NCBI GenBank assembly: GCA_964423445.1
Contig: CAYREQ010000004.1
Span: 2,700 to 66,699, forward strand
Origin: an uncultured Candidatus Saccharibacteria bacterium
GTDB lineage: Bacteria > Patescibacteriota > Minisyncoccia > Phycocordibacterales > UBA9973
Direction: 5' to 3'
Length of the DNA: 64,000 nt
The position numbers and the translations under genes are program-made. Shown piece after piece: positions 58,009-64,000 of this stretch (positions within the stretch are counted from its first letter, which is position 1; every line of letters starts with the position of its first letter). The notes below the pieces were generated by a model. That model was not told the origin of the DNA. It saw only the letters and a program-made list of their open reading frames with translations, and searched no databases.

Positions 58009-59019
58009 ATGTATAATTATATTATGAACAAAGGGTATATGAAATTTAAATTATTAACGTTGTCACTAATGATAATTTCATTGTTTTCTTTACCTTTTAC
58101 AGCAAGTGCTGTGTCTCCAAGTAGCATTAATGTAGATATAGTGCCACCAACCCCAACACCAGGAGAATCTACCACAATAACCTTGAGTAGTTATGGAAAC
58201 AATCTAGATAGTGCTTTAATATCATGGTTTGTCGCTGGTAAAAAAGTAACTTCTAGTGTTGGTATGAAATCATTTTCAATAAATGCTCCAAATATGGGAT
58301 CAGAAACAAGTGTAAAAGCTGTAATAGATTTACCTGATGGCCCAATAACAAAAACAATTTTAATAAGACCAAATATTATGGTGTTGCTCTGGCAGGCTAG
58401 TGATTCTTATGTACCACCATTTTATCGTGGTAAAGCATTGCCTACAGAAGAAAGCACTATAAAAGTAGTGGCTATGCCTGAAGTAAAAACCAAATTAGGT
58501 CCAGTTAATCCAAAAAATATGATTTATTCTTGGCAATTAAATTATGCAAGCGATGGAGAAAGTACTGGTTATGGGAAAAATACTTTTACCTATACAAATG
58601 ACTACTTGGAAGACTTTGAAAATATTTCTGCTACAGCTACGACCATAGATGGACAGTACTCATCACAAGCAAATATAAATATAAAGCCTCGAGACCCAAA
58701 AATAGTATTTTATAAAAATGATGCAAGTATGGGTATCTTATGGGAACAGGCTCTAAAAGATGGGCATAAGATAGTGGGTGATGAAGTTATCGTAGCTTCA
58801 CCATATTTCCTTTCACCAAAAGAAACTTGGAGTCCAAATCTAACCTGGAATTGGTTTTTAAATGATTCTCTCACAAATAATACATTGAAGTATAGAAAAA
58901 ATTGGATACCTTTAAAGGTGTCTGGTACTGATACCGGTTCAGCTACTTTAAAATTACAAATAGAAAATAAATATCAACTATTTGGAAACATAAGTAAAGA
59001 AATAAGTTTGGAATTTTAA
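58009..59019 (+). CDS. Secreted hypothetical protein (T4SS-like cluster)
   Basis: Signal peptide FKLLTLSLMIISLFSLPFTASA and a domain with beta-rich composition. Confidence 0.45.
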   Translation: MYNYIMNKGYMKFKLLTLSLMIISLFSLPFTASAVSPSSINVDIVPPTPTPGESTTITLSSYGNNLDSALISWFVAGKKVTSSVGMKSFSINAPNMGSETSVKAVIDLPDGPITKTILIRPNIMVLLWQASDSYVPPFYRGKALPTEESTIKVVAMPEVKTKLGPVNPKNMIYSWQLNYASDGESTGYGKNTFTYTNDYLEDFENISATATTIDGQYSSQANINIKPRDPKIVFYKNDASMGILWEQALKDGHKIVGDEVIVASPYFLSPKETWSPNLTWNWFLNDSLTNNTLKYRKNWIPLKVSGTDTGSATLKLQIENKYQLFGNISKEISLEF

Positions 59020-60263
59020 TGATGAAAAAATTTTTACCTTTTATCTTAATACTGGTGATAATCTCTGGTTTTTTTAGTATTACTTCAAAAGTAAGTGCTG
59101 AAGATAAAGGTACTTGTTATAAAAATGCAGGAGAAGTAGTCGGCAATGATGTAACAGAAAAAAAATGTAAAGACGCCCCACCTCTTGGTCTTGGTGGGGA
59201 AGCATGGGGTCCAAATACCACCACTCCACCAGGAGGTGGAGGCAAGCAAACCAATGAAGAGAAATATAGGGCTTGTATAGCAGATGGTGGCTCAGAAGAT
59301 GATTGTAGAAGTTATGTGTTAGCGAGCGATGGTAGCTACCATCTTCTCCAACCATTACCCTGCAAAGCTGATGAACCTAGTTGTGAAGATGGGAAACTTA
59401 CAACTTTTGATCCAGATGGTACAGGAAAACTAGGAGAATACTTGAACTTAATGATAAATCTATTTATAGGTTTATGTGCTGTGACAGCTGTAGTAATGAT
59501 AGTAATGGGAGGTATAGAATATAGTACTAGTGATTTAGTGTCTGGTAAGGCTGCAGCTAAAGATAGAATACAAAATGCTATCTTGGGATTACTATTAGCT
59601 TTATGTTCTTGGCTTATACTTAATACTATCAATCCTGATTTACTTAATACTGAGATTGATATTGGTGGGGCTAGTATTACTTCATACGGAGAAATAACAT
59701 TGGAAGCATTGCCTGATGGTACTTATAGTAGTACTGGAGGAGCTGGAGCCGGGGTGATAGGAAGTGGACAATGTAAAGTACAAACAAACCCAAACAATGC
59801 TTGTAGTCCACAAAAATTGTCTAGTTGTTTTAGAGATAGAGTAAACGAAGCCTCTAGGGTGTGTAGTGTAGAAAGTGCGGGAGGGCAAACAGGAGTAGAA
59901 AGTGGTAGTGATAAATTAGCAGACGGTCGTTCATATTCTGTGGGTCTTTGGCAAATTAATTTAACAGTTCATCAAGTTAGAGACCCAAATACTGGGCAAA
60001 TGCTAGATTGCCCTGCAGCATTTACTGGCAATCGTCGTGGATGTGGTAGGGGAACAGTAGTACCAAGTGGCCCAAATGTTGGACATTGCTCATTTTCAGT
60101 TAGAGATATAAATCTATATAATAGATGTGTGGCGGCTGCAAAAAACCCTACAAGCAATACTGAGGCTGCTTGTAAAATTTACAATCAAACAGGCCATAGT
60201 TTCCAGCCTTGGGGCTGGACAGCTAAAAAAGCTTGCAAGCCTCCAATTCCTTATAAATTATAA
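59019..60263 (+). CDS. Secreted Cys-rich protein with a two-TM hairpin and a C-terminal lysozyme-like (GH23/SLT-type) domain; VirB1/PrgK-like candidate
   Basis: Signal peptide, a Cys-rich N-terminal region, the hairpin LNLMINLFIGLCAVTAVVMIVMGG...AILGLLLALCSWLILNTI, then ESAGGQTGVESGSD...SYSVGLWQINL (the ES...GLxQ pattern of lytic transglycosylases). Confidence 0.5.
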   Translation: MMKKFLPFILILVIISGFFSITSKVSAEDKGTCYKNAGEVVGNDVTEKKCKDAPPLGLGGEAWGPNTTTPPGGGGKQTNEEKYRACIADGGSEDDCRSYVLASDGSYHLLQPLPCKADEPSCEDGKLTTFDPDGTGKLGEYLNLMINLFIGLCAVTAVVMIVMGGIEYSTSDLVSGKAAAKDRIQNAILGLLLALCSWLILNTINPDLLNTEIDIGGASITSYGEITLEALPDGTYSSTGGAGAGVIGSGQCKVQTNPNNACSPQKLSSCFRDRVNEASRVCSVESAGGQTGVESGSDKLADGRSYSVGLWQINLTVHQVRDPNTGQMLDCPAAFTGNRRGCGRGTVVPSGPNVGHCSFSVRDINLYNRCVAAAKNPTSNTEAACKIYNQTGHSFQPWGWTAKKACKPPIPYKL

Positions 60264-60272
60264 ATTTTTAAT

Positions 60273-60788
60273 ATGAAAAAATATATTTTACCCATATTTA
60301 TCTTAATAGTTTTAGTTGGAATTGTATTTTTTCTTTATATAATAAAGAAGGATTCAAATTTAACCGAACAAAAAAAAGACGACATAAAAACACTTGTAAA
60401 AAATGATGTACCTAAAAATAATCTGTTACTAAATGATGGTAGCACTATTCAACTTCCAGAATTTATCACTCAAAATGAAAAAACCACGAAGCTTACCCCT
60501 GAGACTTTTAGAGAAATAGCTGGAGGAAATAATTTAAATTTTTCTATATCATATCTACCTTATAATAAAGAAAATTCACAAATACAATTTACTGTAATAT
60601 TGAATAAGTTGCCCCTATCAAAATCTAGGGTGGAAGCAGAAAATGCCCTTAGGACAAAGCTGGGTTTGAGTAATGAAGAATTATGTAAGTTGGATTTATC
60701 TGTATACGTATTTGGTTGGATAAATAAAGACCTTGCTGGCCAAAACTTAGGTCTATCTTTTTGTGATGGTGCTATGGATTTACCTTAG
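60273..60788 (+). CDS. Membrane-anchored hypothetical protein (possible VirB8-like position)
   Basis: N-terminal TM helix (YILPIFILIVLVGIVFFLYII) and a roughly 140-aa ectodomain. Confidence 0.3.
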   Translation: MKKYILPIFILIVLVGIVFFLYIIKKDSNLTEQKKDDIKTLVKNDVPKNNLLLNDGSTIQLPEFITQNEKTTKLTPETFREIAGGNNLNFSISYLPYNKENSQIQFTVILNKLPLSKSRVEAENALRTKLGLSNEELCKLDLSVYVFGWINKDLAGQNLGLSFCDGAMDLP

Positions 60789-60821
60789 GTATTTATACTA
60801 AACATGTTAAAATAAACATAA

Positions 60822-62189
60822 ATGTCAAAAAGAAACTTTATACTTTTAATACTCATCTTGCTCTTAGCTGTCGCTGGTGTTTTTGGATTTTTATATCTAC
60901 GCTCAGGTACTACTCCTGTAGATGTAGTCAGTGATGGTACAAATTTTCTTTCACAATTCAATCCTTTTTCCAGTAATAGGACAAATGAATCTAATAATAG
61001 TGGTGATTATGTAGTAGACATAAATGGAGATGGAGTAATAAGCACAGAAGAAAAAGCTTTAGTGAAATTAAAAAAAGTTTCTAGTGTTCCTGTGGCTGGT
61101 TTTACTGTATTTAGTAAAGAAAGATTAAAATATGTACCTACTCCTGTTCCTCCTCAAGCTACAGAGCCTATTCAGACAGAAGGGGATGTGGTAGCTCCTA
61201 AAACAGTAAAAAAACCGGCTGTGAAGCCTGTAGCTCCTTTGACTGAGTTTGCCCAAGCGCTCCGATATGTAGAAAAATCTACAGGAAATATTTATCAGAC
61301 GTTTGCTGACAAAATAGAAGAGCGAAGATTTTCAGAAACTATAATACCAAAAATTTATGATGCTTACTTTGGGAACAATGGTCAGTCTGTAGTAATGCGT
61401 CATCTAAAATCAGACGATATAACCATAGAAACTTTTAGTGGTACTATGCCGAAAGAAAAAGTAGGTGAAGACTTAGTAGACCCAAATGTAAAAGGTTATT
61501 TTTTAGTAGATAATATAAAAGATATTAGTGTATCGCCAGACAACTCAAAAATATTTTACTTATCCAGTTTTGGAGAATCAATAATAGGTACAATAATGGG
61601 ATTTACCGACGGCAAAAAAACACAAGTATTTGATTCTGCATTTACAGAATGGAATTCTTTTTGGCCAAATAATAATATAATTACTCTCACTACAAAACCT
61701 TCTCAAGAAGTAGCCGGACATATGTATATGATAGATGTAGCAAAAAAAACCTTTACTAGAATTTTGGGTAATATAAATGGACTCACTACGCTTATGAGTC
61801 CAAATGGAAAACTAGTTTTAGTAGGGAATAAAGACTTGTCTCTATATGTATATAATACAGATACAAAAGTTTATGTAACTCTCGGTGTTAAAACTCTCCC
61901 AGAAAAATGTGTTTGGAATAAAAATAGTGACTTTATTTATTGCGCTGTACCAGCATATATCGATGAATCTTTATATCCTGATGATTGGTATCGTGGTGAA
62001 ATATCATTCTCTGATCAGATTTGGAAAATAAACACAATAGATGGTAGCACTAATATGCTAATAGACCCGCTACTTATCCCGGGTGGGGAAGATGTGGATG
62101 GTGTAAAGCTCGCACTAGATGCAAATGAAGACTATTTATTTTTTATAAATAAAAAAGATTCTTTCCTTTGGGAATTAGGACTTAGATAG
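60822..62189 (+). CDS. Membrane-anchored protein with PD40/TolB-like beta-propeller repeats (last gene of the cluster)
   Basis: N-terminal TM helix, then repeats such as ISVSPDNSKIFYLS and LMSPNGKLVLVGNKDLSLYVYNTDT. Confidence 0.4.
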   Translation: MSKRNFILLILILLLAVAGVFGFLYLRSGTTPVDVVSDGTNFLSQFNPFSSNRTNESNNSGDYVVDINGDGVISTEEKALVKLKKVSSVPVAGFTVFSKERLKYVPTPVPPQATEPIQTEGDVVAPKTVKKPAVKPVAPLTEFAQALRYVEKSTGNIYQTFADKIEERRFSETIIPKIYDAYFGNNGQSVVMRHLKSDDITIETFSGTMPKEKVGEDLVDPNVKGYFLVDNIKDISVSPDNSKIFYLSSFGESIIGTIMGFTDGKKTQVFDSAFTEWNSFWPNNNIITLTTKPSQEVAGHMYMIDVAKKTFTRILGNINGLTTLMSPNGKLVLVGNKDLSLYVYNTDTKVYVTLGVKTLPEKCVWNKNSDFIYCAVPAYIDESLYPDDWYRGEISFSDQIWKINTIDGSTNMLIDPLLIPGGEDVDGVKLALDANEDYLFFINKKDSFLWELGLR

Positions 62190-62673
62190 TTCCTATATAT
62201 TTTATAACCACTCTACGGCTAGGGCCAAAACCAATTGATTCGGTTTTTAAATCAGTAGTATCAGATAAAAATTCATGAACAATTCTTCTTTCAAAAGAAG
62301 ACATTGGGTCCACTTCTATGTTTGATTTAAAATATCTAGCTCTCTCACCCATCATATGGGCCACAGCACGCACTGCATCTACTTTACGTTTTTGAAAATC
62401 ATTTATATCTACCGAAAAAGAAAGTTCTTTTCTTTTTTCAATTGGATCCATGCCGGTTTGTGTAGAATTTTTTGCTTCAATTATCCTGCGAACTAAGTGA
62501 TTTAAAGCTTGTAATGCTTCACCTTCGCGCGCAGTGAAATGATGTGGCTCGTTTACAACCACACTAAACCATAAATTATTTCCTTTTTCTTCGTTTACTG
62601 TAATTTTTGGGGTATCTAGTGTTATCTTTTCAACCAAATCTTTTATTAAGTTTTGAATTTGTTCTTTATTCAT
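62182..62673 (-). CDS. jag: Jag/KhpB-like R3H-domain RNA-binding protein
   Basis: KH-like and R3H regions (ERRIVHEFLS). Conserved position downstream of yidC. Start trimmed to MNKEQ. Confidence 0.65.
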   Translation of the reverse strand: MNKEQIQNLIKDLVEKITLDTPKITVNEEKGNNLWFSVVVNEPHHFTAREGEALQALNHLVRRIIEAKNSTQTGMDPIEKRKELSFSVDINDFQKRKVDAVRAVAHMMGERARYFKSNIEVDPMSSFERRIVHEFLSDTTDLKTESIGFGPSRRVVIKYIGTI

Positions 62674-62684
62674 AATATTTTTTA

Positions 62685-63416
62685 TTATTCTACTGCCTCT
62701 TTTACTAAAGGATCGTTGCGTTTTGCATATATTTGCTGACCTACAGCAAAAAGATTGCTGGTGATCCAATATAAAGCCACAGCTCCTGAAATACTATAAG
62801 CAATAAAAGCTACGACAAAAGGAAAGACGTATTTCATCTGCACACTCATGCTTTTACTGAAACTTTCTGCAAAGGTGCCCTTGCCACCAGAGGTATTTGG
62901 TTTTGGTTGAGGCATGTAATATGCTTGTAAATACTGAGAAATACCAGCTAGAACAGCCAAAATTATGCTTTTACCACCTATATCTAATATTCCCAAAAAC
63001 ATCATATTTGTGGTAGCTGGAACATGAATAAAAGAATATAAAACACTACTATCAAAATTGATTCCTTTGTAAAAAACATAATATAAAGCAAAAATTATGG
63101 GAATTTGAATTATAAGCAATAAACAACCAGAAAATGGGTTTGTTTTATGTTTTTTATATAGTTCAAAAGTAAGACGAGCTTGTTCTTCTTTACTGACACC
63201 AGATTCCTTTATTTTATTGAGTTCTGGAGTAAGAATATTCATTTGAGCCTGACTTTCTATGGCTTTTTGAGAAAGAGGGAAGAGAATAATCTTTACTAAA
63301 ATCGTAAGAATAATAACAGCGAGGCCTACATCTCCCCCTGGGATGACTGACACTAAGAAGGCTAGTGCATTTATTAGTGGATGATATAAAACTGTATTCC
63401 AAATATTACTAATCAT
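62685..63416 (-). CDS. yidC: Membrane protein insertase YidC/Oxa1 (short form)
   Basis: Five-TM core with ILVKIILFPLSQKAIESQ and an amphipathic helix. The rnpA-yidD-yidC-jag gene order supports the call. Confidence 0.8.
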   Translation of the reverse strand: MISNIWNTVLYHPLINALAFLVSVIPGGDVGLAVIILTILVKIILFPLSQKAIESQAQMNILTPELNKIKESGVSKEEQARLTFELYKKHKTNPFSGCLLLIIQIPIIFALYYVFYKGINFDSSVLYSFIHVPATTNMMFLGILDIGGKSIILAVLAGISQYLQAYYMPQPKPNTSGGKGTFAESFSKSMSVQMKYVFPFVVAFIAYSISGAVALYWITSNLFAVGQQIYAKRNDPLVKEAVE

Positions 63417-63460
63417 TAGCCTATTCTATATGAAAAATGCAAAAAATGCTAGAAATTTTC

Positions 63461-63676
63461 CTATGGCACTTTATCTATATGGTTTTTTTGCCATGGATGA
63501 CATCGTAAAATTCGAAAAAAACCTAAGTAAATACCTTTAAAAATTCCATACTTTTCTATGGCTTGCTTAGTGTATTCGGAACATGAGGGATAAAAAACAC
63601 AACTTTTTTTCAAAAAAATAGATATATATTTTTGATAAAAGTTAATTAATTTTATTAAGTATGTTTTTAATCTCAT
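63461..63676 (-). CDS. yidD: Membrane protein insertion efficiency factor YidD
   Basis: Conserved Cys/Pro motif (FYPSCSEY...RCHPW). Confidence 0.8.
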   Translation of the reverse strand: MRLKTYLIKLINFYQKYISIFLKKSCVFYPSCSEYTKQAIEKYGIFKGIYLGFFRILRCHPWQKNHIDKVP

Positions 63677-63968
63677 TTTCTAGTATTAAGACGTCTTCTT
63701 CTTGTTTTTTAAAGACAAAAGCCCCCAGTAAACCAAAAGGAAATTCATTAATGAATTTCCTTAAAGCAGTATAGCCACGTCTTCTTAATTTATTCCTTTT
63801 AGTCGCTAATTTAGCGATATTTTTTGGTGCGATAAATGATATTCTCGGAGGATTTTGATTGGAAGTAAGTACAAATTTAAAGGTTAAACTAGGTGATATA
63901 AGGAATTTACCCTCTTTGAAAATCAAATCTATGTTTTTCTTATCTACTCTGTTCTTTTTTAGAATCAT
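63642..63968 (-). CDS. rnpA: Ribonuclease P protein component
   Basis: Basic 108-aa protein with the RNR motif region (KLATKRNKLRRRG). Confidence 0.8.
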   Translation of the reverse strand: MILKKNRVDKKNIDLIFKEGKFLISPSLTFKFVLTSNQNPPRISFIAPKNIAKLATKRNKLRRRGYTALRKFINEFPFGLLGAFVFKKQEEDVLILENEIKNILNKIN

Positions 63969-63985
63969 GGTTTACAAACAAAAAC

Positions 63986-64000
63986 TTAAACTGAAAGCTT
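63986..64000 (-). CDS. rpmH: Probable 3' end of the ribosomal protein L34 gene (truncated by the window edge)
   Basis: The reverse strand reads ...KLSV-stop directly upstream of rnpA, matching both L34's ...RLTV ending and the conserved rpmH-rnpA linkage. Only 4 codons are visible. Confidence 0.35.
   Translation of the reverse strand, partial: KLSV

Noticed and set aside
1-64000. Alternative genetic code (UGA recoding, as in Gracilibacteria/SR1)
   Set aside because: Long conserved genes (nusA, pnp, rny, pcrA, cca) are uninterrupted under the standard code, so code 11 applies.
1-64000. CRISPR array
   Set aside because: The only tandem repeat is the 129-bp, two-copy intragenic duplication at 50882-51127, which has no spacer/repeat periodicity. 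No cas genes are present.

Overview
AT-rich, gene-dense chromosomal window with short intergenic spacers, many small lineage-specific proteins, few obvious Shine-Dalgarno sites and the standard genetic code (long housekeeping ORFs are intact without UGA recoding). Gene content is consistent with a reduced-genome Patescibacteria/CPR-type bacterium, Saccharibacteria-like; this is an inference from gene content only. Recognisable housekeeping genes: nusA, ppa, tig, clpP plus a membrane-anchored Clp/Hsp100 ATPase, rny, hup, lexA with an SOS-type promoter, an aldo/keto reductase, three Nudix hydrolases, comM/yifB, a dksA/traR-like gene, metK, an ndk-like gene, pnp, a LysM-M23 peptidase, a ZIP transporter, an SLT transglycosylase, yraN, cca, murI, xth, a xerC/D-like recombinase, rpsO, a NYN-domain protein, pcrA/uvrD, rsmA/ksgA, and the conserved jag-yidC-yidD-rnpA(-rpmH) block at the right edge. 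Five tRNAs were found by hand folding (Trp-CCA, Pro-UGG, Arg-UCG and Gly-GCC, plus two tRNA 5'-fragment duplicates). The most notable region is a roughly 14 kb co-directional cluster (48.4-62.2 kb) that looks like a Gram-positive-style, non-conjugative type IV secretion-like apparatus. It has a VirB4/TrbE ATPase, a VirB6/TrbL-like polytopic protein with a perfect intragenic 129-bp tandem repeat, a PrgI/VirB3-like small membrane protein, and a secreted two-TM protein with a C-terminal lysozyme-like domain, surrounded by large secreted lineage-specific proteins; no relaxase or coupling protein is present in the window. Other items worth follow-up: a presenilin/signal-peptide-peptidase-family intramembrane protease, a possible RelA/SpoT-like nucleotidyltransferase next to cca and a tRNA cluster, a Cys-rich 588-aa protein with duplicated terminal zinc ribbons, a TMEM175-like channel, an AsnA-like class II synthetase-fold protein, and several leader hairpins that may act as attenuators.
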